From: an uncultured Pseudomonadota bacterium | GTDB lineage: Bacteria; Myxococcota_A; Polyangia; Fen-1088 | DNA: 64,000 nucleotides | Direction: 5' to 3' | NCBI GenBank assembly: GCA_963778795.1 | Contig: CAVZVU010000006.1 | Span: forward strand, 712,249 to 776,248 | Shown here: piece after piece, positions 1 through 9,359 of the stretch | How the letters are laid out: each line of letters starts with the position of its first letter | Position numbering within the stretch: position 1 is the stretch's first letter | The notes under the pieces: model-generated | The model's database searches: none | What the model saw: the letters and a program-made list of their open reading frames with translations, nothing else | What the model was told of the DNA's origin: nothing | Made by a program: the position numbers and the translations under genes

Positions 1-2
1 GG

Positions 3-578
3 TTGAACGGAAAGCAGGCCGACGATTGCACGCGAGACGAGATCAAGAATGAAGTCTGGGAGCAGCTGAAACGCAGCCTCAACGTGGGTGGCAAGGTGGT
101 GCTGCGCGACGACATGCTGCACTACTGGTTTCTCGACCCGAGCATCGAAGACACCGACCCCGCCGTGCCCGGCTACGAGACCAACGCCGAGCCGCTGCTG
201 GTCAACTACGTCGACACCTGGCGCCTGCGGCCCGAGGCGGTCACCGCGATCCCGAACTTCTTCCTGGCCTCCGATTACGTCCGGACCTACACGGACATCG
301 CCACCATGGAGGGCGCGAACGAAGCGGCGCGCCGAGCGGTCAACGGGGTCCTCCGCGCGTCGGGATCGGCCGCCGAGCCGTGCGGCGTCTGGAAGCTGCA
401 CGAGCCAGAGGTGTTCGCCCCCCTGCGCGCCTACGACCGCGACCGGTTCGTTCGCGGTCTACCCTGGGACGCGAGCGCGTTCGCGCCGGCCACGCAAAGT
501 CAGGCGCTCGCCGATCCGGCAGGGATCGTCCCCGCCGTGGCGGCGCAGAGCGGTCGCGTTCGCATCTTGGAGGGCTGA
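3..578 (+). CDS. FAD-dependent oxidoreductase, C-terminal part (amine oxidase / isoprenoid desaturase-like); 5' end outside window
   Basis: Open from the window edge. C-terminal motif 'NFFLASDYVRTYTDIATMEGANEAARRAVNGVL' is typical of FAD oxidoreductases found beside polyprenyl synthetases. Confidence 0.7.
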   Translation: MNGKQADDCTRDEIKNEVWEQLKRSLNVGGKVVLRDDMLHYWFLDPSIEDTDPAVPGYETNAEPLLVNYVDTWRLRPEAVTAIPNFFLASDYVRTYTDIATMEGANEAARRAVNGVLRASGSAAEPCGVWKLHEPEVFAPLRAYDRDRFVRGLPWDASAFAPATQSQALADPAGIVPAVAAQSGRVRILEG

Positions 579-583
579 GCGGC

Positions 584-1612
584 GTGCCTGCCGTCGACAT
601 CGAGCGCGGGCTCGAGCGCTATCGGTCGATGGTCATGCCGGGGCTGCTGGCCGCGCTCGCCGACCGCGAGCCCCGACGCTACCTGTACGATCTGATCGCC
701 AACCACCTCCGCCGCATGGGAAAGGGGCTGCGGCCGGCGCTGTGCATCGCCACGACCGAGGCCTTCGGCGGCCAGGCGGCTCACGCGGTTCCCTCGGCGG
801 GCGCGCTCGAGATGCTTCACAACGCCTTTCTCATCCACGACGACATCGAGGACGGCAGCGAGAGCCGGCGCGATCGCCCGACCATGTTCGTCGAGCACGG
901 GCTGCCGCTGGCGGTGAACGCGGGCGACGCGATGCAGGCGCTCGCGATCCGGATGCTCAAGGACAACGTTCAGGTCGTCGGGCCCGAGGTCGCCTGGCAA
1001 ATCGTCGGCGAGTTCGACCACCTGCTGATGCGTTCGCTCGAAGGCCAGGCGCTGGAGCTGGGCTGGGTGCGCGAGAACAACTGCGCGGTGACCGAGGAGG
1101 ACTACTTGACGCTGGTCTTGAAGAAGACCTGCTGGTACAGCTTCATCCATCCCTGCCGCCTCGGCGCCCTCATCGCGCGCGGCCCCGACTTTGATCTGTC
1201 GACCTTCGATCGCTTCGGTTTCCTGCTGGGCGCCGCCTTTCAGATCCAGGACGACGTGCTGAACCTGGTCGGCGACCGCCAGAAGTACGGCAAGGAGATC
1301 GGCGGGGATCTGTGGGAGGGGAAGCGGACCCTGATCCTCGCGCATCTCTTCGATCGCCTTGGCGATCGCGATGCCTCCAGGCTGCGCGGCATCCTCGGCA
1401 AGTCGCGCGTCGACAAGTTGCCGGGCGAGATCGACTGGATCTACCAGCAGCTGGGCCGCCACGGCAGCATCGACTTTGCGCGGGCTGCTGCCCGTGAGCT
1501 GGCGGAGGCCACCGTGCGCGAGCTCGAGGTCGCCTATCGCGACGCCCCGAACCAGGGCCCCAAAGCGCTGATCGAGCAGCTGGTCCGCTACACGATTGAA
1601 CGCGAAGTCTAG
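584..1612 (+). CDS. Polyprenyl (trans-isoprenyl) diphosphate synthase
   Basis: GKGLRP motif, first Asp-rich motif 'HNAFLIHDDIED..RRDRPT', 'KKT', second motif 'AFQIQDDVLNL', 'DLWEGKRT'. GTG at 584 is 5 nt after the upstream stop. Confidence 0.9.
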   Translation: MPAVDIERGLERYRSMVMPGLLAALADREPRRYLYDLIANHLRRMGKGLRPALCIATTEAFGGQAAHAVPSAGALEMLHNAFLIHDDIEDGSESRRDRPTMFVEHGLPLAVNAGDAMQALAIRMLKDNVQVVGPEVAWQIVGEFDHLLMRSLEGQALELGWVRENNCAVTEEDYLTLVLKKTCWYSFIHPCRLGALIARGPDFDLSTFDRFGFLLGAAFQIQDDVLNLVGDRQKYGKEIGGDLWEGKRTLILAHLFDRLGDRDASRLRGILGKSRVDKLPGEIDWIYQQLGRHGSIDFARAAARELAEATVRELEVAYRDAPNQGPKALIEQLVRYTIEREV

Positions 1613-4600
1613 CTAGTGTCCTGGCTCTAGCTCGGCGATGCCGGGGCACATCGTGGCGACGAATCGATCGACGCGGACGACCCCCTGGTCGTGGAGCCAT
1701 CGCTCCGCCTGCGCGCGCCGCTCGTCGCGTTCGCGGCCCGGCGGCATCAGACTGGCGAGCGCGTGCCGCGCCACCTCGCGGTAGGCCGCCATCTCGGCGC
1801 GCTCGAAGCCGCCGATCGCCTCCTCGAGCGCCGACCTCGCGGCGGCGTTGTCGCCGCGGGTGCTGGCAATGCCGGCCCGCAACAGCGCGCACCACGGCGG
1901 CGCGGCGGGAACGGGATCCTTGGCCAGCTGGCGCGCCATGCGCTCCGCGTCGGCCAGCAAGCGGCGCGCCGCTTTGTCTTCGGGCGACCCCGGGGCGACT
2001 CGGGTCACGCCCTCCTGCCCCTTCAGGTTCTCGTGGGCCAGCGCGATGGCCGCGCGACCACGCAGGTAGGGCAGGTGCGTCCGGAAGAGCCGCAGCGACA
2101 GCAGGAACGACTTCCGTAGATCGGGCCACTGTTCGAGGATCGCCTTCCAGGCGCGCTCGGGCCGATTCTTGTAGATCTCGCCGTTCACCAGCGCCGTGAG
2201 CAGATACATGTTCTGAGCGCGATAAGCCCCCTCGGGCCAGCCGGCGGCGCCGGCAGTTTGCTGGGCCATGATCTGCGACGCCGCTTCATAGGCTTCGTCC
2301 AGCCGTTCGGCCGCCATCCAGCTCAAGATCCCTTCTCGCAGGGTGTAAGTCTCGAGCGCGCCGTACAGCACATGGCGGCTGCCCATCTCGGCCAGGTAGT
2401 CGCGCTGCAGCCGCCTGACCTCCGCGAGATCGCCGCGCATCGCGAGCGCCTCGACCAAGAAGGCAATGACCGTCGACCGCTCCCAGTACGTGCCCGGGCA
2501 TTCATCGCGAAACAGCCGGAGGGACGCGTGGCACGAAGCGATGGCCTCGGTCAGCCGTCCGTGTGTGAGAGCCACGTTCGCGAGCGCGAGGTGGTGCCAC
2601 GCCTGATCGTACGGGTCCTTGGTGTCCGCGGCGAGCTCCGCGGCGCGCGCCAGCAAGCGCTGGCAGTTGCGATCGAAGAACCGCATCCCCAGGTACGTCT
2701 CCATGGTGGCCTCGAAGGCGAGCGCGCGGCAGACCGTCGAATGATCCCCGTCGTCGAGCGCGTCGAGGAGGTGCATGCCGCGGAAAGCATCCGACAGCGT
2801 CACGTTCACCATCGAGAAGCTCGTCGATACCGCCCACAACACCTCGAGTCGCTCGCGCGCAATGTCCGAGATCAGCGCCTGGCGCCGCGGGCGGGACAGC
2901 TTGCGCTTGCGCAGCAGGAAGAGGATTCGCCGCCAGGTTCCGTAGAAGAGCGCGCGGCCTTGAGAGCGGGGAACGGGAATGCGCAGCTCGTCGAGCACTC
3001 CGCGCATGACCCGCCAGCCCGAGCTGAGGTCGCCGTTCTTGAGGTACTGCTCGGCCGCGAGGCGCCGCAACGTGCGCGGGCGGACGCCCGCCGAGGCCTC
3101 GTTCTCGAGGGCGGCGGCGGCCTCGAGATATTTCTCGGCAGCCACGGCGCCGTGACCGGCGTTGGCGAGCGCTCGGGCGGCCTTTGCGAGCAGATCGCCG
3201 CGCGCGGTCTCGGGCTTCTGCAGCTCGACCGCCTTGGTGTAGAGCTCGGCGGCGCGCTCGAACGCCAGCGCGCGCTCCGCCTGCTCCCCGGCTTGGGCGG
3301 CGAACTCCGCCGCGCGATCGCGGATGCCCGCGCGCAGGAAGTGCTCGAACAGCGCCTCGAGGTCGGTGTCGCCCGCGCTCTCGAGCTGGCGCGCCAGGGC
3401 CTCGTGCAGCGCCCGCGTGTCCTCGGGCGACATGCGGTCGGCGACGACCTGGCGGATGCGGTCGTGGGCGATACCGAGCCGCCGCTCCGCGGGTGAGCCC
3501 CAGTCGACGACGAAGCTGGTCGCCCGCAGGAGTGCGACGATCTCACGGTCGTGGGATTCAATCCCCGCCGCGCGCACCGCCACGGGCGCGCTCACCGGGC
3601 GCCCCGCGATCACGATGGTGTTCAGCAAACGTCGCGCCTCGGGCGGCAGCCGGTCCATCCGCGCGCCGACCAGCTGATCGAGCGTGATTCGCTCGGGAGC
3701 GGGCAGCGTCTCGACCTCGGGGAATAACGACTCGCGCGCCAGCTCGTGAATGAACAGTGGGAATCCCGCCGAATCGCGCGCGATGCTCTCCGCCGCCTGC
3801 GTCGGCGACTCGCTGCCCTGCCGAGACAACAAGCTCTCAGCGAGGCGCCGCGCATCGTCGGGCCCCAGGGGTTCGATGGCGAGTCGTTCGATCTCCAGGG
3901 GCACCGTGTTCTTGCCGGGGCCGCCGCCGAGAAACCCGCCGATCTCACCGGCCTGGCCGCTGTCCGAGCGCAGGCAGCCGATGAGCAGCGCCGACGGCGC
4001 GCCGGGGCGGCCCAGCAGCTCGGCCAGCAGGGCGCCGCTGTCGAGGTCGGACCACTGGACATCGTCGATGAACAGCACCAGCGGCTTCTCACGCGCCAGC
4101 GCGGCCAGGATGTCGCGGAGCGCGGCGAAGGCCCGCCGGCGCTTGTCGGGAAGATCCTCGGGCGGGCTGAACGCTGGATCGACCGGGGCGGCGGCCGCGA
4201 TCTTGTCGAGCACCGGGAACAGATCGGCGAGGAGGAGTACGTCCGGCGTCAGGAGGTTCTTGATGGCCCCCGGCGCCAGGCCCTCGAGGTGCTCGGCGAG
4301 GTGATCGATCAGCGAATCAACCGCTTTGTAGGGAACTGACTCGCGATCGTAGCAACGCCCCTCGAGCACGACGGCGCCCAGGGTGCGGGCCTCGCGCAGG
4401 AAGACGCGCACCAGCGTGCTCTTTCCGACCCCTGACGGCCCCGAGGCCAGCACGATGGTGGGCGAGCCGGACCGGCTGCGGGCGAGCGCGGCGCGCATGC
4501 GGCCGAGCTCGTCGACCCGATTCACGAACACGTAGTCGCTGCGCAGCGACCGCAGGGCGTGCGGTTGACGACGCGGCGGCTCCTGCCCCAGCCGCGCGAG

Positions 4601-5488
4601 GATCTCCGCTGCCGAAGGACGCCGCGCCGGCTCGACGTTCAGGAGATCAACGCAGAGATTGTCGAGGAACGCCGGGGTGCTCTCCGCCAGCAACGACGGC
4701 CGGATTCCGAATAGCTCCTGCTGGGGGGCATTCATCCCCCGCCGGACCTGGGGGAACGTCCCGGTCAGGGCCTGGTACAGCATGACACCCAGGCTGTACC
4801 AGTCGGTGGCCGGGGTCGGCGCTGGCCTCCCGGGCGCGAACAGCTCGGGCGCCATGTAGTAGAGGGTGCCGCGCAGCGGGCTGGCCGATAGGGCGGGTGC
4901 CTGATCGGTCACGATTTCGGTCACGAGCCCGAAGTCGACCAGCACCACGCGGCCTTCCAGATCCACCAATACATTCGACGGCTTGATGTCGCGATGGAGC
5001 TTGCCGGCCGCGTGCAAGGCGTCGACCCCCCGCACCAGCTGAGCGGTTGCGTCCTGCAGCCGCCCGATGTCGACGAAGCTTCCCGCAAGCAGCGCGCCCG
5101 GCTCGGTCGGTGCGGCCCACGGCGTCCCCAGGGGCGACGCGGTCGTGAAGGTCTGGACCGATGTGGAGGTGCCGAGGCCGCTGACGTAGTCGAGGAAGTT
5201 CAACCCACGAATCAGCTCCATGGTCATGAACCAGACCCCGTCGACCGCGTTCATTTCATACAGGGACACGAGGTTGCGGTGGACCACGCCGGTAAGGGCG
5301 CGAAACTCCTGCTTGAACAGCAGCAAGGAGTGCGAGCTCAGAGAGTGGAGCGTCTTGAGCGCGATCTCCTCCTGCAGCGTGCGGTCGTACGCGTGATAGA
5401 CGATGCCCATGCCCCCCTGGCCCAGGGGACGAAGGAGGCTGTACCTCTCCGTACCCATGAACGAGCCCAGTTTCAGGGTTGGCTTCAC
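1613..5488 (-). CDS. Ser/Thr protein kinase fused to an AAA_16/STAND-like P-loop ATPase and a helical (TPR-like) C-terminus
   Basis: 'LGQGGMGIVY', 'IALKTL', 'HRDIKPSN', 'DFGL', 'YMAPE'; Walker A 'GPSGVGKS', Walker B 'LFIDDVQWSD'. Start could be 5458 instead. Confidence 0.9.
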   Translation of the reverse strand: MKPTLKLGSFMGTERYSLLRPLGQGGMGIVYHAYDRTLQEEIALKTLHSLSSHSLLLFKQEFRALTGVVHRNLVSLYEMNAVDGVWFMTMELIRGLNFLDYVSGLGTSTSVQTFTTASPLGTPWAAPTEPGALLAGSFVDIGRLQDATAQLVRGVDALHAAGKLHRDIKPSNVLVDLEGRVVLVDFGLVTEIVTDQAPALSASPLRGTLYYMAPELFAPGRPAPTPATDWYSLGVMLYQALTGTFPQVRRGMNAPQQELFGIRPSLLAESTPAFLDNLCVDLLNVEPARRPSAAEILARLGQEPPRRQPHALRSLRSDYVFVNRVDELGRMRAALARSRSGSPTIVLASGPSGVGKSTLVRVFLREARTLGAVVLEGRCYDRESVPYKAVDSLIDHLAEHLEGLAPGAIKNLLTPDVLLLADLFPVLDKIAAAAPVDPAFSPPEDLPDKRRRAFAALRDILAALAREKPLVLFIDDVQWSDLDSGALLAELLGRPGAPSALLIGCLRSDSGQAGEIGGFLGGGPGKNTVPLEIERLAIEPLGPDDARRLAESLLSRQGSESPTQAAESIARDSAGFPLFIHELARESLFPEVETLPAPERITLDQLVGARMDRLPPEARRLLNTIVIAGRPVSAPVAVRAAGIESHDREIVALLRATSFVVDWGSPAERRLGIAHDRIRQVVADRMSPEDTRALHEALARQLESAGDTDLEALFEHFLRAGIRDRAAEFAAQAGEQAERALAFERAAELYTKAVELQKPETARGDLLAKAARALANAGHGAVAAEKYLEAAAALENEASAGVRPRTLRRLAAEQYLKNGDLSSGWRVMRGVLDELRIPVPRSQGRALFYGTWRRILFLLRKRKLSRPRRQALISDIARERLEVLWAVSTSFSMVNVTLSDAFRGMHLLDALDDGDHSTVCRALAFEATMETYLGMRFFDRNCQRLLARAAELAADTKDPYDQAWHHLALANVALTHGRLTEAIASCHASLRLFRDECPGTYWERSTVIAFLVEALAMRGDLAEVRRLQRDYLAEMGSRHVLYGALETYTLREGILSWMAAERLDEAYEAASQIMAQQTAGAAGWPEGAYRAQNMYLLTALVNGEIYKNRPERAWKAILEQWPDLRKSFLLSLRLFRTHLPYLRGRAAIALAHENLKGQEGVTRVAPGSPEDKAARRLLADAERMARQLAKDPVPAAPPWCALLRAGIASTRGDNAAARSALEEAIGGFERAEMAAYREVARHALASLMPPGRERDERRAQAERWLHDQGVVRVDRFVATMCPGIAELEPGH

Positions 5489-5676
5489 GCGCTCGGTCTC
5501 TGCTGGAACTTATACCGCGCAACCCCTACCGGAGATCAACGGCGCGCGTCCGTGGCTGGGATCACGGGCCGGCGCGAGCGATTCTCGCGGGGGGACGACT
5601 TTGTGGATATCTGAGTTGAGCCCGCCCGGCAGAGCGTCTGATAGTCTCCGGCTCGTTAGGAAGGTCGGGAGTTGCG

Positions 5677-5919
5677 ATGAGCCCTCTCAGCTCGGTGAAC
5701 GCGTGGCTCTCGGGTTTCTTCGCGTGCGCCGCGATCCACTACGCGGTCCACTGGTGGCTCTCGCGCCACGAGCGGATCTTCCTTCGTGCCTTCAGCGCGC
5801 TCGTCTCGGGCGTGCTGGGCTTCCTCGCCCAGCCCTTCGACGATCGCGAGCTCCTCGACGGCCTCGCGCGCGCCCTGGCCGCGCGCGGCGCTGCGGAGCG
5901 GGCGGTGGCCCAGTCGTAG
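5677..5919 (+). pseudogene. Probable deletion chimera: membrane-sensor N-terminus joined to a receiver-domain C-terminus
   Basis: One hydrophobic helix 'LSGFFACAAIHYAVHWW', then abruptly 'GFLAQPFDDRELLDGLARAL', resembling the REC beta5-alpha5 segment with the conserved K of KPF replaced by Q. Confidence 0.45.
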
Positions 5920-5980
5920 TGCCGTCTCGAAGGCGATCCCGGGGCGAGGTTGAGTGTTAAAGTGCGCGGCGGTGGCGTCG

Positions 5981-7411
5981 ATGAGCGACTCTCCGAGGGT
6001 AGCCGTGGACTCGAGGCACGCCGTTCAGTTCTATGAGGACGACGGATTCTTGTGCGAGATCCTGACGGACTTCTCGCGCGAGGGAATCGAGAACGGCGAA
6101 TCGGTCATTCTGGTCGCGACCGCTCCCCACCGGAGGGAGGTCGAGCGCCGGCTGACCGAGCGCGGGATCGATGTCGGGGGTCCCCAGGAATCGGGACAGC
6201 TCGTCCTGCTCGATGCGCGTCAGGCGCTTTCTTCGTTCATGGTCGAGGGGAAGCCGGACACGGACCGGTTTCTGTCGAGCATCCGCGGACTGCTGGCGAC
6301 GGCGACTCTCGACGGGCGGCGTGCCGCTCGACTCTACGGCGAGATGGTCGATCTGCTGTGGCGCGACGGCAATCACGGCGCCGCGATTCAGCTGGAGGAG
6401 ACCTGGAATGCCTCCGCGAAGACACATTCGGCCCGGGTCCTCTGTGGGTACGCGATGGACAACTTCGTCAAAGAGACTCTGACGGCCGAGTTCGCGCGGG
6501 TTTGCGAGGCGCACACGGAGGTACGACCAGCCGAGGGCTTCCGGACGGCGCACGAGCATGGCGCGCAGATGCGCGAGGTAGCGCGGCTGCAGCAACGCGC
6601 GCGGGCGCTGGAAAGCGAGGTGACACGGCGCCATGGTCTGGAGGTGGCGCTCCGTCAGGCGCTGGAGCGCGAGCAGGTGGCCCATCAGGCGAAGGACCAG
6701 TTCCTCGCGATGCTCGGACACGAGCTGCGGAATCCGTTGGCCGTGATTTCACTCACGCTGGAATTGATGGGACTGCGCCAGGACGATCGGGTCGTCGAGG
6801 AGCGCCGGACGATCGATCGGCAATTGAAGCTCCTCGTCCGAATGGTCGACGATCTGTTGGACGGCGCTCGGCTCAACTACGACAAAGTCGAGCTGAACAA
6901 GGAACCGTTGCAGCTGTCGGAAATCGTCGCCGGCGCGCTGGAAATCGCGAGCCCGATCATCGCGAGGAAGCGGCAAGCGATCAGCGTCTCCGTGGCGACC
7001 GACGGATTGGTCATCGAGGGAGATCGGCACCGCCTCGCGCAGGCGATTGGCAACCTGGTGACGAACGCGGTCAAGTACACGCCCGAAGGAGGGACCGTCC
7101 GAATCACTGGCGCGACCGCGGACGGCAAAGTCATTCTGAGCATCGAAGACAACGGTGTGGGCATCGCCCCGGATTTCCTCCCGCGCGTGTTCGAGGCCTT
7201 GGTTCAAGGCGATCGAAGCCTCGACCGCAGCGAAGGCGGCCTGGGGATGGGGCTGGCCGTCACGCGGAAGCTCATCGAGCTTCACGGTGGAACGATCGTG
7301 GCGCGCAGCGACGGCCCCGGAATGGGCAGCACGTTCACGTTGTGCCTGCCGCACATCGCGAGCCTGGCCCGCGACGACGTCCAGGCGAGCCTCGGATGCC
7401 CGCCGGCCTGA
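5981..7411 (+). CDS. MEDS-domain sensor histidine kinase
   Basis: 'HAVQFYEDD', 'RLYGEMVDLLW', 'LEETWN', 'VLCGY' (MEDS); H-box 'GHELRNPL', N-box 'NLVTNAVKYT', 'DNGVGI', 'GLGMGL'. Confidence 0.9.
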   Translation: MSDSPRVAVDSRHAVQFYEDDGFLCEILTDFSREGIENGESVILVATAPHRREVERRLTERGIDVGGPQESGQLVLLDARQALSSFMVEGKPDTDRFLSSIRGLLATATLDGRRAARLYGEMVDLLWRDGNHGAAIQLEETWNASAKTHSARVLCGYAMDNFVKETLTAEFARVCEAHTEVRPAEGFRTAHEHGAQMREVARLQQRARALESEVTRRHGLEVALRQALEREQVAHQAKDQFLAMLGHELRNPLAVISLTLELMGLRQDDRVVEERRTIDRQLKLLVRMVDDLLDGARLNYDKVELNKEPLQLSEIVAGALEIASPIIARKRQAISVSVATDGLVIEGDRHRLAQAIGNLVTNAVKYTPEGGTVRITGATADGKVILSIEDNGVGIAPDFLPRVFEALVQGDRSLDRSEGGLGMGLAVTRKLIELHGGTIVARSDGPGMGSTFTLCLPHIASLARDDVQASLGCPPA

Positions 7412-7415
7412 TGCG

Positions 7416-7880
7416 ATGAGGAGACCGAGCGCCCCACAGGTCGAAAGGGCCAAGAGCCTGCTTTCGACCGAGGGGGAGTGGGAGGCAAGCGCGGAGGCGT
7501 GCGCGGCGGCGGCCGGACGGGTCTACGACAAGCTCGCGGCTCAGCTGGTCCCGCTCTTGGGTGGCGCTGGCGTTCAAGCGATGTTCGTGCGCAGCGCGAA
7601 GCTGGCGCGGGCCGAGCTCCCTCTCTACGCCGAGCTCGTCCCCGCGATTGAAGGGTCGGGCGAGGGCGCGACGGGACTCAGTGGGTACTTGCAGACGCTC
7701 GAGCCGACCGCCGCCACCCAGGCCGCCACCGCCCTGTTCGGTACCTTCCTCGATCTCATCATTACTTTCATCGGAGACCGGTTGACCGTCCAGGCACTGC
7801 GGGGTGCTTGGCCCAAAATTGACGAGACGCCAGACGAGACGCCAGACGAGACGGCATCTACGGGGAGCCCAAAGAAATGA
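7416..7880 (+). CDS. Uncharacterised helical protein coupled to the KaiC-like gene
   Basis: Starts 4 nt after the HK stop; its stop overlaps the next start (ATGA at 7877-7880); high-GC codon usage. Confidence 0.7.
   Translation: MRRPSAPQVERAKSLLSTEGEWEASAEACAAAAGRVYDKLAAQLVPLLGGAGVQAMFVRSAKLARAELPLYAELVPAIEGSGEGATGLSGYLQTLEPTAATQAATALFGTFLDLIITFIGDRLTVQALRGAWPKIDETPDETPDETASTGSPKK
7821..7856 (+). repeat. 12-bp tandem repeat GACGAGACGCCA (about 3 copies, DETP-DETP-DETA)
   Basis: gacgagacgcca gacgagacgcca gacgagacggca read directly. Confidence 0.85.
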
Positions 7881-9355
7881 GTGACCGCGTTCCGATTCGC
7901 AAACTGTCCTCCGGCGTGCCCGGCCTCGACGAGGTGCTCGGCGGCGGCATCCCGGAGTTCTCGTTCAATCTGGTTGCCGGCGGCCCGGGGTGCGGCAAGA
8001 CGACGCTCGGTCACCAGATCATGTTCGCGAACGCGAGCCCCGAGCGAAAGGCCGTGTACTTCAGCATCATCGGGGAACCGCCCATCAAGATGCTGCGTTA
8101 CCAGCAACAGTACGACTTCTTCGACGCCGCCAAGATCGGCGACGGCTCGGTGCGCTTCATCCACCTCGGACAGCAGGCGCTCGAGGGGGGGATGGGGAAG
8201 GTGCTGGAGGCGGTGGTGCAAGAGCTCGAGCGATCGAACCCGGAGATCGTCGTCGTGGACTCCTTCCGGGCGATGGTGCGCACCACGCTGGCCGGACCGG
8301 CCGGCGAGGTACAGGTGACCGACTTCATGCAGCGCCTCGCGCTCGCGCTGACCAGCCACCAGGCGACGACGTTTCTCCTCGGGGAGTACGCCGAGGGCGA
8401 GCGCGACAGCGCGGTGTTCACGGTGGCCGACGGGCTGTTCTGGCTGTACCAGGCGATCGATCGCAACTCCGTCGTGCGCAAGGTGCAGGTGATGAAGGTG
8501 CGCGGCCAGGGGCAGATCCCCGGGCTCCACACCGCCCGCATCACGGACGCAGGCTTGAGCGTGTTCCCCCGCCTTCCGAGGCCGGAGGAGGTCGTCACCG
8601 ACCAGCCGCTCAAGCACCGGCTGAAGACCGGGGTGTTGGGGCTCGACAAGCTGATGGAGGGCGGCATCCCGCAAGGATATTCGGTGCTGGTCGCCGGTCC
8701 CTCCGGATCCGGCAAGACCGTCCTGTCGAATCAGTTCATCGTCGAGGGCATCAAGCGGGGCGAAAGCGCGATCGTGGCCGTGTACGAGAAGCGACCGAAC
8801 GAGTACCTACAGACGACCCCGCACGGCGAGGCGTTGCGGAGGCTGGTCCGGCAGGGGAAGCTGGAGGTCCTCTACATGCGCCCGCTGGATCTCTCGATCG
8901 ACGAGACCGTGATGCAGCTTCGCGAAGCGGTGAAGCGGACCGGCGCCAAGCGGGCAGTGATCGATTCGCTCTCGGGGCTGGAGCTCGCTCTCGCGCCAGC
9001 CTTCCGGGAGGACTCGAGGGAGTCGCTTTACCGCATGGTAGGAGCGTTGACGGGCCTGGGCGTCACGGTGATGGCCACCATCGAGCTGTCTGACTCCTAC
9101 GTCGATCTCCGATTCAGCCCCCAGGGGATCGCCTTTCTCGCGGACGCGATCATCATCCAGCGCTACGTCGAGATCGACGGGGAACTGCGGCGCGCGATGG
9201 CGGTCGTCAAGGTGCGGGCCAGCCAGCACAGCAAGGATATTCGAGAGTACGAGATCACCTCCGACGGCGGGATCGCCGTCGGCAAGGCGCTGAAGGGCTA
9301 CCGGGGCTTGCTGACCGGGACTCCGTCGAGGGACGGAAAGCGGCACAAGAGATGA
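7877..9355 (+). CDS. KaiC-like duplicated RecA-superfamily ATPase
   Basis: Two homologous halves: 'SSGVPGLDEVLGGG..GGPGCGKT..VVVDS..KVRG' and 'KTGVLGLDKLMEGG..GPSGSGKT..AVIDS..KVRA'. Confidence 0.9.
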   Translation: MSDRVPIRKLSSGVPGLDEVLGGGIPEFSFNLVAGGPGCGKTTLGHQIMFANASPERKAVYFSIIGEPPIKMLRYQQQYDFFDAAKIGDGSVRFIHLGQQALEGGMGKVLEAVVQELERSNPEIVVVDSFRAMVRTTLAGPAGEVQVTDFMQRLALALTSHQATTFLLGEYAEGERDSAVFTVADGLFWLYQAIDRNSVVRKVQVMKVRGQGQIPGLHTARITDAGLSVFPRLPRPEEVVTDQPLKHRLKTGVLGLDKLMEGGIPQGYSVLVAGPSGSGKTVLSNQFIVEGIKRGESAIVAVYEKRPNEYLQTTPHGEALRRLVRQGKLEVLYMRPLDLSIDETVMQLREAVKRTGAKRAVIDSLSGLELALAPAFREDSRESLYRMVGALTGLGVTVMATIELSDSYVDLRFSPQGIAFLADAIIIQRYVEIDGELRRAMAVVKVRASQHSKDIREYEITSDGGIAVGKALKGYRGLLTGTPSRDGKRHKR

Positions 9356-9359
9356 GGCG

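Noticed and set aside
7821-7856. Tandem repeats here and at 34917-34952 as phase-variation switches
   Set aside because: Unit lengths of 12 and 9 are multiples of 3 and lie in low-complexity termini, so copy changes keep the frame.
7877-9355. True circadian kaiC
   Set aside because: No kaiA or kaiB nearby, and the S/T phosphosite equivalent is absent.
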